Shown here in pieces: positions 1-7,536 of a stretch of 21,916 bases of DNA. This DNA is from a virus (taxonomy: Duplodnaviria; Heunggongvirae; Uroviricota; Caudoviricetes). The DNA is taken from IMG/VR virus record IMGVR_UViG_2531839663_000005. The stretch is one strand, 5' to 3'. Every line of letters starts with the position of its first letter. The first letter of the stretch is position 1. Made by a program: the position numbers and the translations under genes. The notes below the pieces were generated by a model that ran no database searches, was not told the origin of the DNA, and worked only from the letters and a program-made list of their open reading frames with translations.

Positions 1-981
1 TCACACCGCCAGCCCACCGCCGAGAGGGTTTAACGTTACTGCGTGTTGCAGGTAATCGGGGGCAAGGTGAGCATAAACCATCGTCTGTTGTATGCTGGCG
101 TGCCCAAGAATTTGCTGTAACGCAATAATGTTTCCCCCGTTCATCATGAACCAGCTTGCGAACGTATGCCGAAGCACATGCGTGGCCTGCCCGCGTGGTA
201 AATCGGGCTTAACCTGTTTGAGCCGTTCGCAGAAGTTTTCATAATCAACTTTGAACAGTGGCCCGGTGTCGCTGGTCTTGATCTCTTTCTCCAGTTCTTC
301 CGATATCGGAACCGTGCGCTTTTTCCCGTTTTTGGTCTTAAGAAACGTCACACGCCCGTGATTTACCTGCTCGCCTCGCAGCGTGCTACCTTCGCCCCAG
401 CGTGCGCCGGTGCTTAGGCATAACAGTGCCACGCGTCGATCGTCGCCGGTCAGAGTGTCCAGCAATCTGCTGATCTCTGATTTGGCGAGATAGGTCATAG
501 CTGGCGGCGCTTCTTTCAGTGGTTCCAGACCCTTGCAGGGGTTTTCCTTTCTGAACTCTTCCAGCTTTATCAACGTGCTGAACATCCCGGACAAACGGTA
601 AATATCCCGGTTGATCGTTGCTGCGCTGATACCGTCTTCCAGCCGTTGGCTTCGGTGCTGTGCAATCATTCGTTTGTTCAGTCGGTTAACGGCTGGATCA
701 CCCAGCGCCCTGATTGTTTTATTCAGGTGCCGCTTTTCAATCTCGCCATTTTCCTGAGTCTGTCCATACAGCAGCCACCAGGTATCTAACAACTCGCTTA
801 AGGTGCGGCGGTCAACGCTCGCGCCCAGCCATTCTTTTTTGTCGGCGTTGGCTAATACATAACGCTCAAAAAGAACTGCCTCTTGTTTCTTCTCAAATCG
901 CCTGCGGATACGTTTTCCGTTACGTCCGCGCGGCCATACGTCCACTTCATATTGACCACCTTCGAGCTTCTTAATCGACAT
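1..981 (-). CDS. int: Tyrosine site-specific integrase, P2-type (complete; stop codon is window bases 1-3)
   Basis: 326-codon minus-strand ORF; ATG at 981 preceded by GGAGGG; C-terminal catalytic region HVLRHTFASWFMMNGGNIIALQQILGHASIQQTMVYAHL (HxxR ... Y) typical of phage integrases; located at the prophage end next to the repressor. Confidence 0.9.
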   Translation of the reverse strand: MSIKKLEGGQYEVDVWPRGRNGKRIRRRFEKKQEAVLFERYVLANADKKEWLGASVDRRTLSELLDTWWLLYGQTQENGEIEKRHLNKTIRALGDPAVNRLNKRMIAQHRSQRLEDGISAATINRDIYRLSGMFSTLIKLEEFRKENPCKGLEPLKEAPPAMTYLAKSEISRLLDTLTGDDRRVALLCLSTGARWGEGSTLRGEQVNHGRVTFLKTKNGKKRTVPISEELEKEIKTSDTGPLFKVDYENFCERLKQVKPDLPRGQATHVLRHTFASWFMMNGGNIIALQQILGHASIQQTMVYAHLAPDYLQHAVTLNPLGGGLAV

Positions 982-1050
982 AAGAAAGCCCTCCGGCGTT
1001 TATTTCCCCATCCTGATAACAGATAGTGAAAATGTAATGTTTATAAACAG

Positions 1051-1371
1051 TTAACCAGTTTGTTTCTCGGAGCGGTCTGATCCAGTTGACTCTGGCCCAA
1101 TGTGTGCGAGGGCCGGTGCGATTTGACCAGCTTGAGGGGCGGTCTTATCTGTCATAAGCCAGAGCGTGTATTTTGCGAAACGTGAATGCTGAGTGATCTT
1201 AAGCAAGATATCGCTACCAATACTCTCCACTCTTCCTGTCTCGTAATACTTCTGCGTGCCAGCAGGTATTCCTGTTAATTCAAAGAATTGCTGCCTTGTT
1301 AACCCCTCCGCATCCCTGATAGCTCTGATTTTTTCACCCACGCCGCTTGACGGGGTAGGGATCTCTACCAT
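1051..1371 (-). CDS. C: P2 C-type immunity repressor (HTH); alternative upstream starts at 1404 (ATG) or 1410 (TTG)
   Basis: HTH-like segment LTRQQFFELTGIPAGTQKYYETGR; C-terminal KYTLWLMTD...GQIAPALAH matches my recollection of P2 C; ATG at 1371 has AAGGAG 6 nt upstream; followed on the same strand by int. Confidence 0.75.
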   Translation of the reverse strand: MVEIPTPSSGVGEKIRAIRDAEGLTRQQFFELTGIPAGTQKYYETGRVESIGSDILLKITQHSRFAKYTLWLMTDKTAPQAGQIAPALAHIGPESTGSDRSEKQTG

Positions 1372-1404
1372 AACATTCTCCTTAAGGGTGGTAATCTCTA
1401 CCAT
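1347..1404 (+). promoter_or_regulatory. Candidate early promoter Pe (TTGACG 1347-1352, TAACAT 1371-1376) with two 19-nt direct repeats (1353-1371 and 1386-1404, core ATCTCTACCAT) as candidate repressor operators
   Basis: Direct repeats 33 bp apart (16/19 identical) seen in sequence. P2-type switches use direct-repeat operators flanking the Pe -10 (established). The assignment here is inference. Confidence 0.35.
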
Positions 1405-1473
1405 GATCAACCGCCAATATAAGCAGTTACAAGCCGAAATAAGCGTCTAGCGCCAACGGGGAGATTAGCACAA

Positions 1474-1758
1474 ATGGTTATGAAACATGAGGGAGAGGAA
1501 GAATCGGGCGGAGCCTTACATATGAGATCCCGCCAGATTAAGGAGAGTCAAAAACGTGGATTTATGCGGGTTATTGCAGAACGTTTGTCACTGGTGTTCC
1601 TTCGAGTTGCTCATCCAGAAATTTGTGTGTCCTCGCTAAGTTCAATGCAAGTGATTGTGTTACCCCTGCTGAAAACTGCAATCGCAGAGGAATATCACCA
1701 GCAGGGTGCGGAAGCACTACATCGAGTTGTAATTCGCCTGTCTTGGCGTCGAATTTAA
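1474..1758 (+). CDS. Hypothetical small ORF (94 aa) in the switch region, sense to the early transcript
   Basis: ATG with GGGAGA about 9 nt upstream; overlaps the antisense ORF 1571-1810; no recognisable family; several rare codons. At most one of the two overlapping ORFs is likely real. Confidence 0.2.
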   Translation: MVMKHEGEEESGGALHMRSRQIKESQKRGFMRVIAERLSLVFLRVAHPEICVSSLSSMQVIVLPLLKTAIAEEYHQQGAEALHRVVIRLSWRRI

Positions 1759-1810
1759 GACCTTTAAGGTCAGTAATCGGTAGAGGAAAAACGCCCTTAA
1801 ATTCGTCCAT
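1571..1810 (-). CDS. Hypothetical small ORF (79 aa) on the repressor strand, upstream of C
   Basis: ATG at 1810 with an A-rich leader and no clear SD; balanced amino-acid composition; no recognisable family. Confidence 0.25.
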   Translation of the reverse strand: MDEFKGVFPLPITDLKGLKFDAKTGELQLDVVLPHPAGDIPLRLQFSAGVTQSLALNLARTHKFLDEQLEGTPVTNVLQ

Positions 1811-1900
1811 TTTTTTGCCCTATTAGTGTGAGAGCTACAAGGGTAACACGCGCCGGGGCGTGAGAAAAAATCCCGGCAACAATCAATTAGAGGTAATTCT

Positions 1901-2182
1901 ATGACAGACAAAGAGTTAGAGGGGTTCATTGAAGTGCGTCACGCTGTTGACGCGGTTCCATACCCAAAATTTGCAGAATTGATCGGTAAGAAGCCCGCCA
2001 CGGTTAAGAGCATGATTGAAGACGGTAAGTTGCCGATCATCCCGTGGAAGAACCCGGAAAGCCTGGGCGCCCGCGCTGAGAACTGGATCTATATTCCTGA
2101 GTTTAACCGCGCAATGCGTGACGCCTACTACAACCGTCCGAGAGAGCAGCGCGACGCCTGGTTGCTGTGGATCGGTCTTTGA
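1901..2182 (+). CDS. cox: Cox-like excision/switch regulator
   Basis: 93 aa; AGAGG 6 nt upstream of ATG; divergent from C; pattern KLPIIPW...RAENWIYIPEFN...YYNRPREQRDAWLLWIGL resembles P2 Cox (from memory). Confidence 0.8.
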   Translation: MTDKELEGFIEVRHAVDAVPYPKFAELIGKKPATVKSMIEDGKLPIIPWKNPESLGARAENWIYIPEFNRAMRDAYYNRPREQRDAWLLWIGL

Positions 2183-2192
2183 GGTTATCGCG

Positions 2193-2396
2193 ATGAGCCA
2201 GCAAACAGCCAACCACGAAAACCGGGTGCGTGAATGCAACGACATTCTGGACACCCATTTAAAAGATATGCAAACGGGCTTCATGATTCGCACCAATAGC
2301 GGCGAATTTATGATCAGGGATAAAAAGCTGATTAAGAAAATAACCAAAGACGTGGCCCGCCATGTTGATGGTGAATTACTTAAATTGGGAATGTGA
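2193..2396 (+). CDS. Hypothetical early protein (67 aa)
   Basis: ATG at 2193 with GAGG upstream, 10 nt after the cox stop; the ORF-track start at 2016 lies inside cox and is rejected. Confidence 0.5.
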   Translation: MSQQTANHENRVRECNDILDTHLKDMQTGFMIRTNSGEFMIRDKKLIKKITKDVARHVDGELLKLGM

Positions 2397-2406
2397 GGGG
2401 GATTTT

Positions 2407-2613
2407 GTGGCTGTGCAATTAATACAGTTAAGTCGTCACTCATATTTATATCGTGGCTTCACTATACAGAAATGCCCGCGTAATCCTTTTACGTTTAAGC
2501 ACTCTTATCGTATTTCCAGTAATGGTGATTATTACGGGCGTGACTTTGCTTTAGCGGAAGCCATGCGCACGGTTGATCAGATGTATAAGCAAGGGGGCAG
2601 CAATGCACGATGA
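2407..2613 (+). CDS. Hypothetical early protein (68 aa, GTG start)
   Basis: GTG at 2407 with GAGGGGG 5 nt upstream, immediately after the previous stop (2396); AT-rich. Confidence 0.4.
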   Translation: MAVQLIQLSRHSYLYRGFTIQKCPRNPFTFKHSYRISSNGDYYGRDFALAEAMRTVDQMYKQGGSNAR

Positions 2614-2833
2614 AGGCCCATCGCTGGCAAGCCTGCTTAAGCGCGGGTGCCAGGTTACACACTTCAAGAACTCACGCGGCTGGCTGGAAACACCAGACGG
2701 GCAATTTTTTAAACCTGAGCCTAGCAAGGTTCAATTTATTAAGGGAATGAGTAAGCCCTTTGTTTATACGAAGAAGATAAACAAAGGATTGCTTTTTAAC
2801 CTTGTTAATTCTTTAAAAAATTTAATTGGCTAA
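2603..2833 (+). CDS. Hypothetical early protein (76 aa)
   Basis: ATG at 2603 with AAGGGGG 5 nt upstream; overlaps the previous ORF by 11 nt; AT-rich 3' end. Confidence 0.45.
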   Translation: MHDEGPSLASLLKRGCQVTHFKNSRGWLETPDGQFFKPEPSKVQFIKGMSKPFVYTKKINKGLLFNLVNSLKNLIG

Positions 2834-2876
2834 CAACGCCAGTTAAATAGTTATTAGAAAACAGTCTTCACTGTCG

Positions 2877-2892
2877 TCACTTAATTAAGTGA
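2877..2892. promoter_or_regulatory. Perfect 16-bp palindrome TCACTTAATTAAGTGA, candidate operator upstream of the TerB-like gene
   Basis: Seen in sequence; lies in the AT-rich 94-bp gap about 36 nt upstream of the ATG at 2928. Confidence 0.35.
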
Positions 2893-2927
2893 TGGCGCTT
2901 TCACTCATCCTAAAAAGGATAAAGAGC

Positions 2928-3362
2928 ATGTTTAATAAACTGTTTGGAAAAAAAGTAGCAGCGGCAAAAGTTGAACTTAAGAAAGTGGAAAATCGCGATC
3001 TTATGGAAGCTATTGTCGGTGGTTGTCTTTTGGTATCTGCCGCCGATGGCGAGATCGAAAAAGAAGAAACCAGCAAGCTGGATCAGCTTATTCGCTCTAA
3101 CCCGCGCCTTGCGCATTTCGGCAATGAAATCACATCCACCATCAACCGCTATACGGAACAGCTTGAAGCTGGGTTCCGCGTTGGCCGCATGAACATTTTG
3201 CGCGAAATCGACGACATCAAAAACGATCCGAAAGAAGCCGAAGAAGTCTTCGTCAACATGCTGACTATCGCCGAAGCGGACGGCCAGATCGAACCGGAAG
3301 AACAAAAGGTGCTGGAAGAGGTCGGGCGCCGTCTGGGGCTGCGTGTTGAGGATTATCTCTGA
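2928..3362 (+). CDS. TerB-like domain protein (144 aa)
   Basis: Two TerB-like segments (LLVSAADGEIEKEETSKL and LTIAEADGQIEPEEQKVL); ATG at 2928 with AGGA upstream; the ORF-track start at 2889 lacks an SD. Confidence 0.6.
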   Translation: MFNKLFGKKVAAAKVELKKVENRDLMEAIVGGCLLVSAADGEIEKEETSKLDQLIRSNPRLAHFGNEITSTINRYTEQLEAGFRVGRMNILREIDDIKNDPKEAEEVFVNMLTIAEADGQIEPEEQKVLEEVGRRLGLRVEDYL

Positions 3363-3544
3363 TGCTGCGCGTGCTGGATTCACTACGTCCGGCGCTGGCC
3401 CTGCTGTTGGCCTTCATGGTCGTAGCAGTGGATTTCACCAGCTACCTGCTTTCGGTGATTGGCGACGCCTTCTTCGTTGGCGCTCTTCTTCTCCTTGTCT
3501 GGCCTGCCCTCAAGTCAGCTAACCAATCAGCGGATCACCAGTAA
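3362..3544 (+). CDS. Small predicted 2-TM membrane protein (60 aa), translationally coupled to the TerB-like gene
   Basis: Start ATG overlaps the upstream TGA (TGATG); two hydrophobic stretches (ALALLLAFMVVAV and FFVGALLLLVWPAL). Confidence 0.5.
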   Translation: MLRVLDSLRPALALLLAFMVVAVDFTSYLLSVIGDAFFVGALLLLVWPALKSANQSADHQ

Positions 3545-3586
3545 CAGATTGCCGGGGAAACCCGGCAATTTCGGAGGCTTCGAATC

Positions 3587-3799
3587 ATGACTAAACGCGA
3601 TCAATATAACTTCATCCTGCACGTTCTCTTACCTGCTGTTGAGCGTGAAGGGCTGACGATTAAAACCCGCCGCGATGGTGAGTTAACCCTTTCTTCTGAC
3701 GATCCCTCTGTTTCCTGCTTTATCGACGACATGCGCCAGCGCCTTACCACGGCGTTGCAGCGTCCGGCTGTTCCATCTTCCCCTTACGGAGTCCTGTAA
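3587..3799 (+). CDS. Hypothetical early protein (70 aa)
   Basis: ATG with GGAGG upstream; stop 1 nt before the dam start. Confidence 0.5.
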   Translation: MTKRDQYNFILHVLLPAVEREGLTIKTRRDGELTLSSDDPSVSCFIDDMRQRLTTALQRPAVPSSPYGVL

Positions 3800-3800
3800 A

Positions 3801-4772
3801 ATGATCCGCCCGTTCATCAAATGGGCAGGGGGTAAAACCCGTGTCCTTCCTGACCTGCTGCCACACCTTCCTACAGCCGACTGCCTGATCGAACCGTTCG
3901 TAGGCGGCGCGTCGGTATTTCTGGCGACTGAATACCGCCGCTATGTGCTGGCTGATATCAACCCGGATCTTATTAACCTGTATCGGGAAGTCACCCGTTA
4001 CCCGGACTTAGTGATCGATGCGGCCCGCGAACTGTTCAACAGTAAGAACAGCCCGCAGGGATACAACGAAGTCCGCGCCGCGTTCAATAAGCAGGTGGGT
4101 ACGGTAAAAAGCGGTGGGTTGCGTTATGGCGCTGAAATGGCGTGCATTATGCGCGCTGCTCAATTCCTGTATCTGAATCGCCACGGTTATAACGGCTTAT
4201 GCCGATACAGTCGGAAGACCGGCTTTAACGTGCCGTTTGGCAAGTATAAGAGCGTCTACTTTCCAGAAAATGAAATCCGCCTGTTTGCCGAAAAGGCCAA
4301 CGATACAAAGGCAATATTTCTTTGCGCGCCGTTCCAGCGTTCTCTACAGGTCGTCACGGGTGGCGATGTTCTCGTTTACTGCGATCCGCCTTACCTGCCT
4401 GAAAGCAAAACAGCCGATTTTACCCAATACCACACCGAACCATTCACGGAAGACAACCACCGCCAGTTAGTCCAGGCACTGCTGGAAGTTAACCGTAAGC
4501 ATGGCGTGAAGGTCGTCATTTCCAACAGCGACACCGAAGCCACCCGCGCGATTTATCAGCCCTTCAAGATGCACGAAATCAGCGTGCAACGTTCCGTCAG
4601 CACTGACAAAGACAACCGACAGAAGGCCAAAGAAGTGATCGGCGTGCTGCCTGTCTGCGACTGCTGCGGGCGTTACGGCGGCGGTTGCCCTGATTGTGGC
4701 GCCGTGATGGGTGATGCGACTTACAACGCGATGGTTGCGGCGGGCACGTTTGACGATCTGGAGGCTTTTTAA
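3801..4772 (+). CDS. dam: Dam-family N6-adenine DNA methyltransferase with a Cys-rich C-terminal tail
   Basis: N-terminal KWAGGK and EPFVGGASVF (AdoMet-binding) and DPPY catalytic motif; C-terminal CDCCGRYGGGCPDCG cluster not present in host Dam. Confidence 0.85.
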   Translation: MIRPFIKWAGGKTRVLPDLLPHLPTADCLIEPFVGGASVFLATEYRRYVLADINPDLINLYREVTRYPDLVIDAARELFNSKNSPQGYNEVRAAFNKQVGTVKSGGLRYGAEMACIMRAAQFLYLNRHGYNGLCRYSRKTGFNVPFGKYKSVYFPENEIRLFAEKANDTKAIFLCAPFQRSLQVVTGGDVLVYCDPPYLPESKTADFTQYHTEPFTEDNHRQLVQALLEVNRKHGVKVVISNSDTEATRAIYQPFKMHEISVQRSVSTDKDNRQKAKEVIGVLPVCDCCGRYGGGCPDCGAVMGDATYNAMVAAGTFDDLEAF

Positions 4773-5077
4773 TGGCAAAAATCTATATCGCTGGCCCGAT
4801 GAGCGGTTTGCCTGGATTCAATCGGCAGGCATTTAACCGTGCAGCCGGGCACGTAGTGCGACGCGGAAACGTTGCCCTTAATCCGGCGATTTTGCCGGAT
4901 GGATTAGAGCAGGCGGAATACATGGATATTTGCTTCGCCATGTTGCGTTGTGCTGACGAGATCTTCTTGCTGGATGGCTGGCAGCAGTCTGCCGGGGCAA
5001 GAGCAGAATGCGCGTTAGCTCAAAAGCTGGGGTTGAAGATCCAGCACCAGACGATCGATCGGTTCACGGGGGCGTAA
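4772..5077 (+). CDS. DUF4406-like protein (nucleoside 2-deoxyribosyltransferase-like fold), 101 aa
   Basis: N-terminal MAKIYIAGPMSG motif recalled as typical of DUF4406; GGAGG upstream; start overlaps the dam stop (TAATG) and its stop overlaps the A start. Confidence 0.6.
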   Translation: MAKIYIAGPMSGLPGFNRQAFNRAAGHVVRRGNVALNPAILPDGLEQAEYMDICFAMLRCADEIFLLDGWQQSAGARAECALAQKLGLKIQHQTIDRFTGA

Positions 5078-7434
5078 TGACCGCCGTAACCCGTGGCCGT
5101 CGCGCGCCCTCTCCACCTCCACCGTATCCGGGTAACGCTGACAATGCTCTCCCTTACGCTTATGGCGGGAACAAACCATACCAGCCGATTGGCGTTGATG
5201 TAGCGCCGGGGCTGGATGGTTTCGACTATCTCACGCCGGACGGCACGCGTAAGCATATTGCGTTCAGTGAACTGGTAGCGGAAGACGAAAAGCCGGAACG
5301 CAGTAAGCTGCTGCGTCGCCGTCTGGCTTCTCTTCCGCAGTATATCCGCCGTCACTTTGCCGCGAAGCTGGATGCGCTGGACGCGAAAGACCGTAAAGCG
5401 GCAGATCTCTGGCTGGTTAATACCTTTGAGCGCCACGTATTAACGCGTATTGATAGCGTCAACAGTGTTTACCAGCCTGACACTGTGATGCCCGGCATTC
5501 TGCTACCAATCCGCGATCAGCTTTTCCGTATGCTTTGGGCAGGGAAAAAAGAGTTAAAAAGACTGGCTTATACGCTTGCCGATATCTTTACGAGAGAGTT
5601 TATTCGCGAGTCCGATCACCAGTTGGCGCGCACCGGCGATCCTGAGTTCGCGGCGCTTTCTGGCTATGGCCGTATTGCGTCGCTGGCGGTGCATCTGAAA
5701 ACGCCGATCCCAGGTTGGACAGCATATTGCAATGAAGAACTTGAAGCGGAGGACGCGTTACGCGCGGTTCTCCGTCTTGAGTCACCGCAGTGGTGGTTAA
5801 ACCGCCTGCGCCGTATCCATGCCCGGTGGCGTGAGCATTTGATGATCGCAGCGGGATACGTCCAGAAAAAATCTTCCCCATACAGTAGTGCCCCGTGCCT
5901 TACGGAATGGCTGGCCCAGAAAAAGGCTAACCGTGAATACCTCAAGGCTATGGAACTGGAAGACCAGGACACGGGCGAGCGCATTTCACTGATCGATAAA
6001 GTCGCCGGCAGTGTTGCCAATCCGGCCAACCGTCGCCGCGAACTCATGACGAGAATGCGCGGGTTTGAAGATCTGGCGAAGCTGGAAGGGTTGGCCGGTG
6101 ATTTCTACACGCTGACAGCACCTTCCCGTTACCACTCCATGCAGCATAACGGGCGCCGCAATAATAAATACTGTGGCGCGTCGCCGCGCGAGACGCAGCA
6201 ATATCTTTGCAAAGTCTGGGCGAGAACCCGCGCAGCTTGGAAGAGAAAAGGGATCCGCGTCTTTGGTTTCCGCGTGGTCGAACCGCACCACGATGCAACA
6301 CCCCACTGGCATTTACTTCTTTTTATGCGCCCGGAATGCGTCGAGCAGGCGCGCGAAATCTTCCGTAAATATGCCCTGAAAGAAGACGGCAACGAACCGG
6401 GAGCGCAGGAAAACCGCTTTCAGGTTGTGCCGATCGACGATGCCCACGGCAGCGCAACCGGCTACATAGCGAAATACATTTCGAAGAATATCGACGGCTT
6501 CGCGCTGGATGGTGAGAAGGACGACGAAACCGGGGAAGACCTGAAAGAAATGTCACTCCGCGTTAGTGCGTGGGCATCGCGCTGGGCTATTCGCCAGTTT
6601 CAGCAGATCGGCGGTGCGCCGGTCACGGTATATCGGGAACTTCGCCGCCTGGGCGATCGCGAACTGGTGTTACACCCTGAACTGGAAACCGCCCGGCAGG
6701 CCGCTAACGGTGGCGAATGGGATAACTACGTATTAGCCCAGGGTGGCCCGTTGGTTGAGCGCGATAAGCTGCGCATCCGTCTGAACTATGAAACCACTGA
6801 AAACGGCAACGCCTACGGTGATAACGTCCAGCGAATCACTGGTATTTACTGCCCGATTACGGGCAATGACTCTTTGATCTTCACCCGCACCACTCAATAC
6901 AAAATCGTGCCGAAGCGCCAGAGCGCTGACGGTGTGGCCGTTGACGTTGGTTTTTCAGGCGGCAGCGCCGCCCCTCGGAGTTCTGTCAATAACTGTACGC
7001 GGGATCCCGCGACATGTGCAGACGGTCTTGAACATGCCGATCACGAAGTGGGCGAGACGGTTAATTTTGATGCGCTTTCACGGCAGGAAAAGCGAGAACT
7101 GGCGCAGCGGCTTAGTGACGATGTGCGAAGTAAGCGTAAAAAACGGCCATCGGAACGGGAAGAGGGGGCCGGGCTATCCGTGAAAGAGCAGCAGATCAGT
7201 GAACTGCTGGTGCTGCGTGGAATTGATGCCAGTGCCGGAATGGTCAGATCGATGATGGCCGGTGCATCAGTGGCGTGTGGAGATCTTGTTATGACAGTGC
7301 AGGACGGGCGGCTGGTATCGCGCAACCGCGCAGCGTCCGGGCTGGATAAGCTGCCGTCGCAGGTCATGGCAGCGAAGAAAAAGACAAGTGACCTCGTGAA
7401 TAGGATGAAGGCTGCTTTTTCGGGGCGGAAGTAG
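5077..7434 (+). CDS. A: Rolling-circle replication initiation endonuclease (P2 gpA-like)
   Basis: 785 aa from ATG 5077 (overlapping upstream TAA; ORF-track start 5008 rejected); HUH-type motif EPHHDATPHWHLLLF and active-site Tyr region GYIAKYISKN. Confidence 0.9.
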   Translation: MTAVTRGRRAPSPPPPYPGNADNALPYAYGGNKPYQPIGVDVAPGLDGFDYLTPDGTRKHIAFSELVAEDEKPERSKLLRRRLASLPQYIRRHFAAKLDALDAKDRKAADLWLVNTFERHVLTRIDSVNSVYQPDTVMPGILLPIRDQLFRMLWAGKKELKRLAYTLADIFTREFIRESDHQLARTGDPEFAALSGYGRIASLAVHLKTPIPGWTAYCNEELEAEDALRAVLRLESPQWWLNRLRRIHARWREHLMIAAGYVQKKSSPYSSAPCLTEWLAQKKANREYLKAMELEDQDTGERISLIDKVAGSVANPANRRRELMTRMRGFEDLAKLEGLAGDFYTLTAPSRYHSMQHNGRRNNKYCGASPRETQQYLCKVWARTRAAWKRKGIRVFGFRVVEPHHDATPHWHLLLFMRPECVEQAREIFRKYALKEDGNEPGAQENRFQVVPIDDAHGSATGYIAKYISKNIDGFALDGEKDDETGEDLKEMSLRVSAWASRWAIRQFQQIGGAPVTVYRELRRLGDRELVLHPELETARQAANGGEWDNYVLAQGGPLVERDKLRIRLNYETTENGNAYGDNVQRITGIYCPITGNDSLIFTRTTQYKIVPKRQSADGVAVDVGFSGGSAAPRSSVNNCTRDPATCADGLEHADHEVGETVNFDALSRQEKRELAQRLSDDVRSKRKKRPSEREEGAGLSVKEQQISELLVLRGIDASAGMVRSMMAGASVACGDLVMTVQDGRLVSRNRAASGLDKLPSQVMAAKKKTSDLVNRMKAAFSGRK
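6973..6995 (+). other. Candidate replication origin / gpA nick site inside gene A
   Basis: CCTCGGAGTTCTGTCAATAACTG resembles my recollection of the P2 ori (inside gene A, about 1.9 kb from its start); memory-based, not verified. Confidence 0.3.
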
Positions 7435-7502
7435 GGCGCCGATAGGCATGGCAGGTTTTGACAATGTGAAACCGAATTTCTTCAAATCGCGAGCAGATAG
7501 CA

Positions 7503-7521
7503 GGCGGTAAAGCTTACCGCC
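7503..7521. terminator. Hairpin GGCGGTAA-agc-TTACCGCC between convergent gene A and the Doc-like gene (weak candidate bidirectional terminator)
   Basis: 8-bp perfect stem with 3-nt loop seen in sequence; no adjacent U-run on either strand, so weak. Confidence 0.3.
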
Positions 7522-7536
7522 GCAGCGCAAAATATC

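Noticed and set aside
2910-3383. 157-aa minus-strand ORF mirroring the TerB-like gene
   Set aside because: Exactly antisense to the TerB-like gene, which has a good SD and recognisable domain repeats; the antisense translation is F-rich and low complexity.
5008-5076. Upstream extension of gene A (track start 5008) and extensions 2016-2192, 2889-2927, 15243-15338
   Set aside because: Each lies inside the preceding gene or lacks an SD; internal ATG/GTG codons with good SD sequences and stop-start overlaps fit the operon much better.
5020-6556. Multiple minus-strand ORFs (5020-5436, 5600-5881, 5664-6047, 5986-6312, 6044-6301, 6129-6392, 6323-6556) and the plus-strand ORF 6173-6379 inside gene A
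   Set aside because: Antisense or off-frame to a well-supported 785-aa HUH endonuclease gene; compositions are R/S/A-rich as expected for GC-rich off-frame reading.
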